DNA of 64,000 nucleotides from Povalibacter sp. (GCA_035761425.1 DASTRD010000275.1:804-64803), one strand, 5' to 3'. Shown: positions 46,890 to 58,460, counted from the stretch's first letter. Numbers and translations: made by a program. The notes: generated from the letters alone by a model not told the origin.

Positions 46890-47924
46890 ATGAAACCGTT
46901 GCGCGTCCTTGTCCTGATGCATGAAAGCCTGGTGCCGCCGGCCAGTCTGAAAGGCTACACGACCAAAGAGATCGACGAATTCAGAACCGAGTTCGACGTC
47001 ACCAGCGTCCTGGAGAAGGCCGGCCACGAAGTGAAGGCGCTCGGTCTGCTGGACAACCTCGGTGATCTGCGCGCTGCCATCACCGACTGGAAGCCCGACA
47101 TCGCCTTCAACCTGATGGAGGAGTTCCAGGGCATCGTGACTTACGATCAGCATGTCGTGGCATTTCTCGAGCTGATGAAGCAGCCGTATACCGGCTGCAA
47201 TCCGCGCGGCATGATGATTTCGCGGGACAAGGTCCTGTCGAAGCAGATCCTCGCCTATCACCGCATTCCCACGCCGGGCTTCGCGTTGTTTCGTCGCGGC
47301 GTGAGTTACAAGCTGCCGCGCAAACTGAAATTCCCGCTGTTCGTGAAATCCGCGACGGAGGATGCATCGCTCGGCATCTCGCAGGCCTCTGTCGTGCACG
47401 ATGCCGACAAGCTCAAGGAGCGCATCGAGTTCATTCACGAACAGACCAGTTCCGATGCGCTGGTCGAAGAATACGTCGAAGGCCGGGAACTTTATGTGGG
47501 CGTGCTCGGCAACGATCGGCTGAGGACGTTTCCCGTGTGGGAAATGGATTTCGGCACGCTGCCGGAAGTCATGTCCGGCATCGCCACCCGCAAGGTGAAG
47601 TGGGATCGCAACTACCAGAAAAAGCACGGCATCAGTACCGGCGCTGCCGCGTCCCTGCCGGAAGGCGCAGCTGCGTACCTGGACAAACTTTCCAAGCGCA
47701 TCTATCGCGCGCTGTACATGAGCGGTTACGCGCGCATGGATTTCCGCATGCGGCCCGACGGCAGCGTTTTCGTTCTCGAAGCCAATGCCAATCCCAACAT
47801 CAGTCACGCCGAAGACTTCGCGGAGTCTGCCCGCGCGGCGGGCTGCGAATATCCGGCGCTGCTGGAACAGATCATTCGTCTCGGCCGCAACTATCAGGCA
47901 GCGTGGCGGATAGATGAGGGATGA
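46890..47924 (+). CDS. ATP-grasp ligase, D-alanine--D-alanine ligase family
   Basis: Ddl-like N-terminal domain (RVLVLMHESL...) and an ATP-grasp core (FPLFVKSATEDASLGI, VEEYVEGRELYVGVLG, ARMDFRMRPDGSVFVLEANANP). Confidence 0.8.
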   Translation: MKPLRVLVLMHESLVPPASLKGYTTKEIDEFRTEFDVTSVLEKAGHEVKALGLLDNLGDLRAAITDWKPDIAFNLMEEFQGIVTYDQHVVAFLELMKQPYTGCNPRGMMISRDKVLSKQILAYHRIPTPGFALFRRGVSYKLPRKLKFPLFVKSATEDASLGISQASVVHDADKLKERIEFIHEQTSSDALVEEYVEGRELYVGVLGNDRLRTFPVWEMDFGTLPEVMSGIATRKVKWDRNYQKKHGISTGAAASLPEGAAAYLDKLSKRIYRALYMSGYARMDFRMRPDGSVFVLEANANPNISHAEDFAESARAAGCEYPALLEQIIRLGRNYQAAWRIDEG

Positions 47925-48048
47925 GTGAGTAAGCCGGTGACGAGAGACGAGTGACGAGCAGGAAGCTTGCCTGTCGATCGGACTTCCGCACCGTGTTTCC
48001 TGTTGCCTTCTGCTGTCGCCTGCCACCTGCTGCCGTCACCCGTCCCGC
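47913..48048. repeat. Inverted degenerate heptamer/octamer array (GATGAGG/GTGACGAG-type left arm, CNTNNNC/CGTCACC-type right arm)
   Basis: Left arm gatgagg gatgagt gagtaag ccg gtgacgag agacgag tgacgag, overlapping the last codons of the ATP-grasp gene. Right arm cctgttg ccttctg ctgtcgc ctgccac ctgctgc cgtcacc cgtcccg. Confidence 0.55.
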
Positions 48049-48096
48049 TTGCCCCAAAGCGTTCGCCACCGCGCTGTCAGCTCCTACAATCCGGCC

Positions 48097-49185
48097 ATGA
48101 TTGCCGAGAGGTCCTATCGTCGCGCTGCCACCCGGGCACTGTTGCTGCTCTGGGGTGTGTTCTGGCTGGCCATGATCGTGGTCGAAATGCAGGACAGCCT
48201 GCTGCGCCACGAGGGCGTGCACTGGTGGGAGCCCATCGTCTGGCAGGGCAGTTCCATGCTGATGGCGACGCTCTGGCTGATGCTGGGCCGGCGCTTCGAT
48301 GCGCGCTGGGAGGCATATCTGCATCGTCCGTGGTACTGGGTGTGGCTGCATCTGCGCTGGTTCCCCGTCATTGCCCTGACTTTCATTCCGGCCATCTACC
48401 TGATCCGCGATGGGGTGTACGCGCTGGCCGATATGACGTACGTACACGAACGATGGGGTTTCATCATCGTGTACGAGAGCGTGAAGCTCGCGCTGTTCGG
48501 GGGGTTGTGGATCGCCGTGATTTTCGGGCTCGACACCTTCGCCCAGTTGCGTTCCGAGCGCGAGCGCCTGCTGGTCATGCAGAAGGCACTGGCCGAAGCG
48601 CAGCTGCGCCAGTTGCAGAGCCAGTTGCGCCCCCACTTCCTCTTCAATGCATTGAACACGATCTCATCGCTCATGCACGTCGATCCCGAGCGTGCCGACC
48701 GCCTGCTGGTACGCCTCGGCGATCTGTTGCGGGCCAGCCTGCAGATCGATCGCGGCGAGCAGGCACAGCTCGGCGAGGAACTCAAGGTCCTGGAGATGTA
48801 CGCACTGGTGATGCAGGAACGCTTCGTCGATCGCGTGCAGTTGTCCTGGGACGTCGATCCGCAGACGCTCGAGGGCGCAGTGCCGTCGCTGCTGTTGCAG
48901 CCCCTGCTCGAGAACGCCTTCCGACACGGCGTTGAGACGGCGAACGCCGCGGTCGTCATCAGCGTGCGCAGCCGGCGCGTCGGCGATGAACTGCATTTTC
49001 TGATCGCCAATACCGGATCGCTGACCACCGATGCGCGTCCGGGTGGCATCGGGCTGCGCAATTGTCGCGAGCGGTTGCGATTGATCCATGGCGAGCGAGC
49101 CGGTGTCACACTGACTCAGGTAGGCGAGGAAGTGCACGCGCGCGTGGTGTTGCCGTGGCGCGAGTTTGAGAAGGGTGCCGCGTGA
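48097..49185 (+). CDS. LytS/YehU-family sensor histidine kinase (AlgZ/FimS-like architecture)
   Basis: Several N-terminal TM segments. The His_kinase motif LRPHFLFNALNTISSLM and an HATPase region (LLLQPLLENAFRHG, GIGLRNCRERL). ATG 48097 is preferred over TTG 48049, which lies at the edge of the repeat. Confidence 0.85.
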   Translation: MIAERSYRRAATRALLLLWGVFWLAMIVVEMQDSLLRHEGVHWWEPIVWQGSSMLMATLWLMLGRRFDARWEAYLHRPWYWVWLHLRWFPVIALTFIPAIYLIRDGVYALADMTYVHERWGFIIVYESVKLALFGGLWIAVIFGLDTFAQLRSERERLLVMQKALAEAQLRQLQSQLRPHFLFNALNTISSLMHVDPERADRLLVRLGDLLRASLQIDRGEQAQLGEELKVLEMYALVMQERFVDRVQLSWDVDPQTLEGAVPSLLLQPLLENAFRHGVETANAAVVISVRSRRVGDELHFLIANTGSLTTDARPGGIGLRNCRERLRLIHGERAGVTLTQVGEEVHARVVLPWREFEKGAA

Positions 49186-49928
49186 TCAGGACCTTGATCG
49201 TCGACGACGAAGCGCCGGCCCGCGACAAGCTGCGGCGCTGGCTGACGGAAGAACCTGATGTCGAACTGATCGGTGAAGCGGCGGATGGCATCGGTGCCGC
49301 AGAGGCCATTGCCGCGCTGCAGCCCGCGGTGGTGTACCTGGATATCCAGATGCCCGGCCTGAGCGGCCTCGAGGTTGCGGCGCAGCTCGAAGGCGCCAAT
49401 GCACCGCTGATCGTGTTCGTCACGGCCTACGACGAGCATGCGGTGCGCGCGTTCGATCTGGATGCCGTCGACTATCTGCTCAAGCCATACGATCGGGAGC
49501 GCCTGCGGCGCACGCTGGTGAGGGTGCGTGAACGTCTGAGCGGCGCAAGCGGCGGCTCTGCCATCCAGGCTGCGCGGGCGCAGACGGGCTCCAGCGAACG
49601 ACTACTGGTACCGCGCGGCGAGCATCTGCAGCTGATCGACTGTGTCGACATTCACTGGCTCGAAGCCGACGACAACTACGTGCACGTCCACACGGGTTCG
49701 CAACGCTATCTGCTGCGACGCACGTTGCAGGATCTGCTGACCCAGCTCGGCGAGCACCGCTTCGTACGCATCCACAAGTCCGCCGCCGTGAACGTGGCTG
49801 AGATCCAGTCCATCACGCCGTTGTTCAAAGGCGATCATGAAATCCATCTGCGCAGCGGCAGGACGCTCAGACTGAGCAGGCGGTTCAAGGCGGACCTGTT
49901 CGAACGGGCGCAGTCGCCCGGCGGCTAA
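49182..49928 (+). CDS. LytTR-family response regulator (AlgR-like architecture)
   Basis: Receiver (LIVDDEAPARDKL, VVYLDIQMPGLSGL) plus a LytTR domain (IHWLEADDNYVHVHT...FVRIHKSAAVN). GTGA overlap with the kinase stop. Confidence 0.9.
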   Translation: MIRTLIVDDEAPARDKLRRWLTEEPDVELIGEAADGIGAAEAIAALQPAVVYLDIQMPGLSGLEVAAQLEGANAPLIVFVTAYDEHAVRAFDLDAVDYLLKPYDRERLRRTLVRVRERLSGASGGSAIQAARAQTGSSERLLVPRGEHLQLIDCVDIHWLEADDNYVHVHTGSQRYLLRRTLQDLLTQLGEHRFVRIHKSAAVNVAEIQSITPLFKGDHEIHLRSGRTLRLSRRFKADLFERAQSPGG

Positions 49929-50040
49929 GGCGGTTCGTCCGCTCGCGGACGAGTTCGTCCCGCTCACCCCAAAGTCGCTGCGCCTGCCGGTGCAGGCAAC
50001 CACACTGATCCCCAGAGTCACCAAGAAGGGGATTTCACCG

Positions 50041-51207
50041 ATGGCTGCTTCACCTGATGTTTCGACACCGCGCTACGAGTTCCTGGACTGGCTGCGCGTG
50101 CTGGCAATTTTCGTCCTGCTGTTCTTCCACACCGGCATGCTGTTCGTCGGCTGGGACTTCCACCTGATGAACTCGCAGACCATCCCGGCACTGCGTCTGC
50201 CCATGGATATTTCGCATCGCCTGCGGATGCCCTTGCTGTTCATCATCGCCGGCGCCAGCCTCTGGTTTTCGCTGGCAAGACATGGAGGCCTCGCTGTGCT
50301 GCGCGAGCGCGCGAAGCGGCTGCTGGTGCCGCTCGCATTCGGCATGTTTCTGATCGTGCCGCCGCAGATCTACTTCGAGCGAGTCTGGAAGCATCAGTGG
50401 GACGGCGGCTTCGTGCAGTTCTGGTTGCAGAAGGTGCTGGAGCTTCAGCCTTATCCGCAGGGCAACTTCAGCTGGCATCACCTCTGGTTCATCATGTACC
50501 TGTTCGTCTACGCCGCTGCCTTGCTGCCGTTGCTGGTGTGGTGGCGACGCAGTCGCTTCGCAGTGCGTCCCGGTCCATGGCTGTACCTGGCGTTCCTGCC
50601 GCTCGCCATCAACGAGGCGCTGCTGAAGCCGCTGTTTCCGGCAACGCACGCACTCATCGGCGACTGGTACATCTTCAATAACTACCTGCTGTTCACCGTG
50701 TACGGTTTCGCGCTGGCCTCGTCCGCGGACAACTGGGACTGGCTGGCGCTGTGGCGTCACGCCTCGCTCGGCATGGCCCTGACATTGCTCATTGTTGCGC
50801 TCGGGCTGTTCGAAACCGGCACGGTGCAACGCGGCGGCGTGTTCGACGCCTTCATCGCCAATGCATTCACATGGTGTGCGCTGCTGGCATTTCTCGGCTT
50901 CGGCCGCCGCTATCTGTCATTCAGCAATGGCTTGCTGCGGTGGGCGCGCGATGCCTCATATCCGGTCTATATCCTGCACCAGACGCTGATCATCGCGATC
51001 GCGTACTACGTCATCCAGCAGCCATGGTCGCCGTGGATCAAATACTGGATCGTGCTCGCCGGCACGGTGGCGGGATGCGTGCTTGGTTATCAGTACGTGA
51101 TCAGGCGCTTTGCGCTGACACGGCTGATCTTCGGCATGAAGGCAGAGAAGGCAGGGAAGGTGATGACTCCGGGGGTGCCCGAGTCGTCGGGCTTGTCGAC
51201 GCTGTGA
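50041..51207 (+). CDS. Acyltransferase-3 family membrane protein
   Basis: FLDWLRVLAIFVLLFFH N-terminus and about 10 TM segments typical of Acyl_transf_3/OpgC-like proteins. Confidence 0.8.
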   Translation: MAASPDVSTPRYEFLDWLRVLAIFVLLFFHTGMLFVGWDFHLMNSQTIPALRLPMDISHRLRMPLLFIIAGASLWFSLARHGGLAVLRERAKRLLVPLAFGMFLIVPPQIYFERVWKHQWDGGFVQFWLQKVLELQPYPQGNFSWHHLWFIMYLFVYAAALLPLLVWWRRSRFAVRPGPWLYLAFLPLAINEALLKPLFPATHALIGDWYIFNNYLLFTVYGFALASSADNWDWLALWRHASLGMALTLLIVALGLFETGTVQRGGVFDAFIANAFTWCALLAFLGFGRRYLSFSNGLLRWARDASYPVYILHQTLIIAIAYYVIQQPWSPWIKYWIVLAGTVAGCVLGYQYVIRRFALTRLIFGMKAEKAGKVMTPGVPESSGLSTL

Positions 51208-51311
51208 GGTGAGACAGCAGTGACGAGAGTGACGAGGTGACAGGGGTGACGAGGCCAGGCTCGGAACCCGTCACCCGTCACCCGTCACCCGTCACCGTGA
51301 CTAGTCGCCCG

Positions 51312-51315
<4 letters not shown>
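51204..51315. repeat. Inverted array: GTGACGAG-type units (left) and four perfect CCGTCAC heptamers (right) between convergent genes
   Basis: Left arm gtgagac...GTGACGAG a GTGACGAG GTGACAGG g GTGACGAG g. The loop is 12 nt. Right arm has CCGTCAC x4 at 51268-51295, then cgtgac...cccgtcac. The arms touch both flanking stop codons. Confidence 0.8.
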
Positions 51316-53384
<2,069 letters not shown>

Positions 53385-53629
53385 GCTGGAAAAACTCCGG
53401 CAGGCAGAAAGCCCGGAGTATATCGATTCGGTGTCGCGATCGAGGCTGGAAGTTCCTGCGCGGACTCACGGCGATCACGGCGGTTCAAGGCCGGGGCAGG
53501 AACTCGGGGCGAACCTGCATTCGTGGGTCAGGTTTCATCCTGACGTCATCGACGCAGCGGCAATGCAGTGGACCTGCCGGTTGGCTGAAGCCGGTCTTGC
53601 AGATTCCGCGTGTCCGTCCTCGTCTTCTT

Positions 53630-54829
53630 TTATTTGCGCTCACTGAACACGGCAAATGCGCTGGTATAGCCGTGCAGATACGTCGCGTTCTGTACCGGTC
53701 CGATTTCGCCGTTGCCGAAAAAGCCACCGATGGGAACGTCGGCTACCAGTCGACGGAAAGCATTGCTGTCGTGATCGTCCTGTCCGTACAGGCCATAACC
53801 GCGGCCTGCGCATGAAAACAGCAGCGCGCCGGCGGGCGGACCCGACAACGTCGAGTTTCGATACTGCGTCAGTGCGCGCTCCAGGTCGAAGGCCGAGGCT
53901 GAAGCGTCACGCAGGTGAAACTGCACCACGCTCTTGGCCGGGATATGCGCGTTGACCCACAGCGCACCACTCTGCGGATCCATGCCGAGAATATTGCGGA
54001 TCAGGAAATCGCCGGGCACATAGCGATCGGTATCGGTGCGCATGGCGAGACCCAGAAACAGCGACTGGCTGAACAGGTCGCGATCGGCAGAGCTGAGACG
54101 TTCGAACAGCCCGGCGAGCACGTCGCGCGGGGTCTGGCCATCGAGTTCGCGGATCAGATTCTCGTGTGCCAGCGTCACGAACATCGGATCGCCCACCGGG
54201 CGACAGCCCTGCGCAACGATGGTGTCCACCTGGATGTTGCCGGTGAGCGCCAGTGCCACCGCGCCCGAGCGATGCACTTCGTTGCCGAGATACAGCACGG
54301 AGCCGCCGACCTGCCGTGCACCGCCGGCAAGGCCGCCGATCTTGGGCGCGTTGGGATAGACGCGATCCAGCCCCTTCACGAACGTCTCCGTCTCGAAACT
54401 GAACGGGTCACCCAGAATCAGGAAGGCAGGCTGCTGCGAGGCAGTCAGGTGCATGGCGTCTTCCCAGGTGCGTTGCTCGGCGTACACCGGTGGTACCTGT
54501 GCCGCGTCGAGATGCACGCCCTTCATGCGCACGCCCGGCAGTACGGCACCCGTGAGCGCCAGTCCCGGACGATCCTCGATTTCAGAACCCCCGCCGATCA
54601 CGCCATCGGCACAGCAGCCGAACAGGAAGCTGCTTTCGAATTCGCGCAGCAACAGGCGCGAGAGTTCTTCGAACCGCGCCGCGTGGTGTGAGCTGACGAA
54701 TACCGTCAGCAGATCCGGTTCGCGATTGCCGAGGCCCTTGAAGAGCTGCGCTGCCGTACGCGTGACAGCATTCGAAAGCAGCGGATCGGTGTCGATGGCA
54801 GAGGCCCAGCGCATGGTGATCGGGGACAA
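53630..54829 (-). CDS. FIST N/C domain-containing signal-transduction protein
   Basis: Length and motifs (FVSSHHAARF..., GLAGG..., GFFGNGEIGP near the C-terminus) typical of FIST proteins. Confidence 0.75.
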   Translation of the reverse strand: MSPITMRWASAIDTDPLLSNAVTRTAAQLFKGLGNREPDLLTVFVSSHHAARFEELSRLLLREFESSFLFGCCADGVIGGGSEIEDRPGLALTGAVLPGVRMKGVHLDAAQVPPVYAEQRTWEDAMHLTASQQPAFLILGDPFSFETETFVKGLDRVYPNAPKIGGLAGGARQVGGSVLYLGNEVHRSGAVALALTGNIQVDTIVAQGCRPVGDPMFVTLAHENLIRELDGQTPRDVLAGLFERLSSADRDLFSQSLFLGLAMRTDTDRYVPGDFLIRNILGMDPQSGALWVNAHIPAKSVVQFHLRDASASAFDLERALTQYRNSTLSGPPAGALLFSCAGRGYGLYGQDDHDSNAFRRLVADVPIGGFFGNGEIGPVQNATYLHGYTSAFAVFSERK

Positions 54830-55010
54830 GGAGGAAGAGCGACCGATTCTATCCGGCGACCGACCGCGTGTCCGTTGCGCGTTGTACTGCTGTCTCGCGT
54901 CGGCAGTCCGCCGACCGCCGGGTCCAGACCGGCGGTTTCACACCGGTCACGCAGTTCGGACAAACTGCCAGAGGCATGCGAGATGTTTCATCGCTTGTGC
55001 CCCTTGGACT

Positions 55011-55637
55011 TTACTGCCCGATCTCTCTTGCAGCGCCTTGCAGCCATTCGTTCAGGATGGGGTCGGCAAGCACATGGCGCGCATAGTCCGCCGCAGTGGA
55101 GGAGAGGCGTGCGCCGTAGCTGTTGAAGCGCAGCACGACGGGCGCGTACATGGCATCGGCAGCCGAGTATTCACCGAACAGCCAGGGTCCCCGTGAAGCA
55201 TGACGCTGACGGCAGTCCTGCCAGATCGCTTCGACGCGACTCACGTCGGCATTGGCGGCAGGTGGCAGCACCACCGAAAGGTCACGACTCGCAGCCTGCA
55301 TCGGCCAGTGCGTGCGCAGCGCGACAAATCCTGAATGCATTTCGGCAGCGATGGCGCGCGCATGCGCACGTTGCGCCCGATCGGTCGGCCACGCACGGCC
55401 GCCTGACAGCTCGTTCACGTATTCGACGATGGCCAGCGAGTCCCACACATGCACTTCATCGTCGATCAGTACCGGCACGCGACCGGCCGGCGAGTAATCG
55501 CGGACCTGCTGCTGAAACTGCGGCGTATCGAGCGTCAGAGCGACTTCCCGAAATTCGATGCCGAGATGGCGCAGGAGGATCCAGGCTCGCAACGACCAGC
55601 TCGAGAGCTGCTTGTTGCCAATCACAAGAGTCAGCAT
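55011..55637 (-). CDS. Glutathione S-transferase family protein
   Basis: Thioredoxin-like N-terminal domain (LVIGNKQLSSWSLRAWILL...GRVPVLIDD...WDSLAIVEYV) and a helical C-terminal domain. Confidence 0.85.
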   Translation of the reverse strand: MLTLVIGNKQLSSWSLRAWILLRHLGIEFREVALTLDTPQFQQQVRDYSPAGRVPVLIDDEVHVWDSLAIVEYVNELSGGRAWPTDRAQRAHARAIAAEMHSGFVALRTHWPMQAASRDLSVVLPPAANADVSRVEAIWQDCRQRHASRGPWLFGEYSAADAMYAPVVLRFNSYGARLSSTAADYARHVLADPILNEWLQGAAREIGQ

Positions 55638-55763
55638 GTGGGAATTCCGTGCAGAACAGCCATCGCCAGCATAGCGAAACCGGCGCCGCGTGCTGTTGAT
55701 TTACATGAATGCCGGGCAGGTTTTTCCTTACACTACACGCCCCGCAGCGATTCGCACCGTCCC

Positions 55764-56966
55764 ATGTCCGAACGTCATCCCACTTTCGATCTCGCCACGC
55801 TCGGCGTCCGTGCCGGCCAGGTCCGCACCCACGAAGGCGAGCATTGCGAGCCCATCTTTACCACCTCGAGCTACGTGTTCGGCAACGCGGCCGAAGCAGC
55901 GGCACGCTTCGATGAAACCGCGAAGGGCAACATCTATTCGCGCTTCACCAATCCCACCGTGCGCTGCTTCGAAGAGCGGCTCGCCGCGATGGAAGGTGGC
56001 GAGGCCTGCGTTGCGACCTCATCCGGGATGGCGGCAATTCTTGCGACGTGCATGACACTGCTGAAGTCCGGCGACCATCTGGTGTGCTCGGACAGCGTGT
56101 TCGGTTCGACGATCGCGCTGATCAACCGTTATCTGGTCAAGTTCGGCGTCGAGGTCACGTATGTGCGGCCCGACGACAACGAGGCCTGGCGTCAGGCCAT
56201 TCGTCCCAATACGCGTCTGTTCTTTGTCGAGACACCGTCGAATCCGCTTTCGGTCATCGCCGACATTCGCGCCATTGCCGACATCGCGCACGAACGCGGC
56301 ATCGTCTTCGCCGTCGACAATTGTTTCTGCACGCCGGCGTTGCAGAAGCCGTTCGATCTGGGTGCCGACATCGTCATTCATTCGGCGACGAAGTTTCTCG
56401 ACGGCCAGGGCCGCTGTCTCGGAGGTGCTGTTGTCGGTAACCGGCAGATGGTCGGTACCGACGTGTTCGGATTCATCCGCACTGCCGGACCCAGCATGAG
56501 TCCGTTCAATGCCTGGGTATTTCTCAAGGGCCTCGAGACTCTGCAGCTGCGCATGAACGCTCATTCGGCCGCCGCGCTCGATCTGGCTGGCTGGCTGGAG
56601 CAACAGCCGGGTGTGCGCCGAGTGCATTACGCCGGCCTGCCATCGCATCCGCAGCACGCGCTCGCGAGCCGGCAGCAGTCAGGCTATGGCGGCATCATCG
56701 CGTTCGAAGTGACAGGGGAGCGCGCAGGTGCGTGGGCATTCATCGATGCGACGCAGCTCATGTCGATCACCGCCAACCTCGGCGATGTGAAGACGACCAT
56801 CACGCATCCCGCGAGCACCACCCATTCGCGCATCACGCCGGCCGAGCGTCAACGCGCCGGTATCACCGAAGGACTGATCCGCATTTCCGTCGGTCTCGAG
56901 AACATCGAGGACCTGCGTGCCGATCTGTCGCGCGGTCTCGCCGCTGTATCCGCGCGGAACAAGTAG
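55764..56966 (+). CDS. metZ: O-succinylhomoserine sulfhydrylase (Cys/Met-metabolism PLP enzyme)
   Basis: YSRFTNPTV, VETPSNPL and the PLP-Lys motif HSATKFLDGQGR. The start is MSERHP at 55764. Confidence 0.85.
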   Translation: MSERHPTFDLATLGVRAGQVRTHEGEHCEPIFTTSSYVFGNAAEAAARFDETAKGNIYSRFTNPTVRCFEERLAAMEGGEACVATSSGMAAILATCMTLLKSGDHLVCSDSVFGSTIALINRYLVKFGVEVTYVRPDDNEAWRQAIRPNTRLFFVETPSNPLSVIADIRAIADIAHERGIVFAVDNCFCTPALQKPFDLGADIVIHSATKFLDGQGRCLGGAVVGNRQMVGTDVFGFIRTAGPSMSPFNAWVFLKGLETLQLRMNAHSAAALDLAGWLEQQPGVRRVHYAGLPSHPQHALASRQQSGYGGIIAFEVTGERAGAWAFIDATQLMSITANLGDVKTTITHPASTTHSRITPAERQRAGITEGLIRISVGLENIEDLRADLSRGLAAVSARNK

Positions 56967-57039
56967 CCGCAGCAAAACATGGAAGGCGCAACGAGGTTTT
57001 TTGCCCGGCTGTGCGCTTCTTTGCGGCCGTTCTCCTGAA

Positions 57040-57738
57040 ATGAAATCCATCCGCGCGATCTGTTTCGACCTGGACAACACGCTGTGGGACGTGTGGCCGG
57101 TGATCCGCCGGGCCGAGCAGCAGATGTACGAGTTTCTGGCCCGACATTATCCGCGGGCCGTGGAAACCCTGACCATCGAGTCCATGCGCGACGCACGGGT
57201 GAAGGTATCGCTCGACTTTCCGCACATGGCCCACGATTTCACCTTTCTGCGCCGGCAGGCTCTGCTGGAACAGGCGGCAGCCCATGGCTACCCGGAGGCG
57301 ATGGCCGACGAGGCCTTCGAGGCGTTCATGGAAGCCCGCAATACCGTCGAGTTGTATGCAGATGTCCCTGCCGCGCTCGAGTTGCTGGCCGGCCGCTACC
57401 GTCTGTTCACTGCCAGCAATGGCAATGCCGACCTGCGCCGTATCGGTCTTGCCCATCTGTTCGAACGAAGTGTGACGGCCCGGGAAGTGGGGGCGCTCAA
57501 GCCTGACGCCGCCGTATTCCACAAGGTATTGGAGGGTACGGGCCTGAAACCACACCAGATCTTGTTTGTGGGCGACGATCCGGAACCGGACGTCGAAGGC
57601 GCGCGCAGGGTCGGTATGGTGCCGGTGTGGATCAACCGGACCCGGATGGAGTGGCCCGCCACGCTGGAGCCGCCACCGATCACCATCGCCTCGCTGACCG
57701 AACTCACCGATCTGCTCGGTCCTGGTGCGACTGCCTGA
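57040..57738 (+). CDS. HAD-superfamily hydrolase
   Basis: Motif I CFDLDNTLWD, motif II TASNG, KPD and VGDDPEPDVEGA. Confidence 0.8.
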   Translation: MKSIRAICFDLDNTLWDVWPVIRRAEQQMYEFLARHYPRAVETLTIESMRDARVKVSLDFPHMAHDFTFLRRQALLEQAAAHGYPEAMADEAFEAFMEARNTVELYADVPAALELLAGRYRLFTASNGNADLRRIGLAHLFERSVTAREVGALKPDAAVFHKVLEGTGLKPHQILFVGDDPEPDVEGARRVGMVPVWINRTRMEWPATLEPPPITIASLTELTDLLGPGATA

Positions 57739-58124
57739 GCATACAGTGCACGTCCACAGCGTCCCGATCCGCGGAACCGGGCTGCGTTGAAAGAGGGCAT
57801 TGACAGCGCTTGTCTCCCGCAAATTCAACAGCATGCGTCCATTGCCTTGGTTCTGCCTTTGGCGTAGATTTCGCGCCGTTCGTTGCCTTTGCCTGCTTTT
57901 TTCTCTGGCTTGGCCAGCCGGGTCATTGACGACCCACATGATTCGGCCAACTTCTGAAAAATCTGACGAGACCGCGAACGTTAGGCCTGGGACCAAGACC
58001 GGCATGCTGTGAGGATCACAGTGCGTCGGGGGTGGAGCCCGTTTGTAACCAGGCCTCGTAGTGTCTGACTCGTCCGTGTCCTGGCCGATCGCGCTCGAGG
58101 CTTTTTCAGAGAGAGCTTGTCTGT

Positions 58125-58430
58125 ATGACGAAAATCTATGTTGGCAACCTGCCTTTTTCCGCAACTGAACAGGATGTTCGCGCGCTGTTCGAAGCGCACG
58201 GTGCGGTGCAGTCGGTCGCGCTGATCAACGATCGTGAAACCGGCCGTCCTCGCGGCTTCGGCTTCGTCGAAATGTCCAGCGCCGATGCACAGCGCGCCAT
58301 CCAGTCCTTGAACGGCAAGGACATGGGCGGTCGTCCGCTGCGCATCAACGAAGCGCAGGAACGTCAGGGCGGCGGCGGCGGTGGCCGCGGTCCTCGCGGC
58401 GGTGGCGGCGGTGGTGGCGGTCGCTGGTAA
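58125..58430 (+). CDS. RRM-type RNA-binding protein with Gly/Arg-rich tail
   Basis: RNP2 IYVGNL, RNP1 RGFGFVEM and the C-terminal GGGGGGRGPRGGGGGGGGRW. Confidence 0.9.
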   Translation: MTKIYVGNLPFSATEQDVRALFEAHGAVQSVALINDRETGRPRGFGFVEMSSADAQRAIQSLNGKDMGGRPLRINEAQERQGGGGGGRGPRGGGGGGGGRW

Positions 58431-58460
58431 GCGATAGCTGCTTCAAAAGCGCAATGAAGA

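Noticed and set aside
55638-55763. Possible SAM-type riboswitch upstream of metZ. Likewise a cobalamin riboswitch upstream of the BtuF-like gene at 32456-32464.
   Set aside because: I could not recognise any SAM-I, SAM-II or SAM-V core motifs by eye in the 126-nt metZ leader. The btuF-like gene is only 9 nt from ampD, leaving no room for a riboswitch.
57800-58012. 70-aa ORF inside the long leader of the first RRM gene.
   Set aside because: No ribosome-binding site, odd Cys/Trp/Arg-rich composition and no coding-like codon bias. Treated as non-coding leader.
58366-58425. GGC/GGT-rich simple repeat.
   Set aside because: It lies inside the RRM gene and encodes the Gly/Arg-rich tail common in this protein family. 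It is not an independent non-coding repeat.
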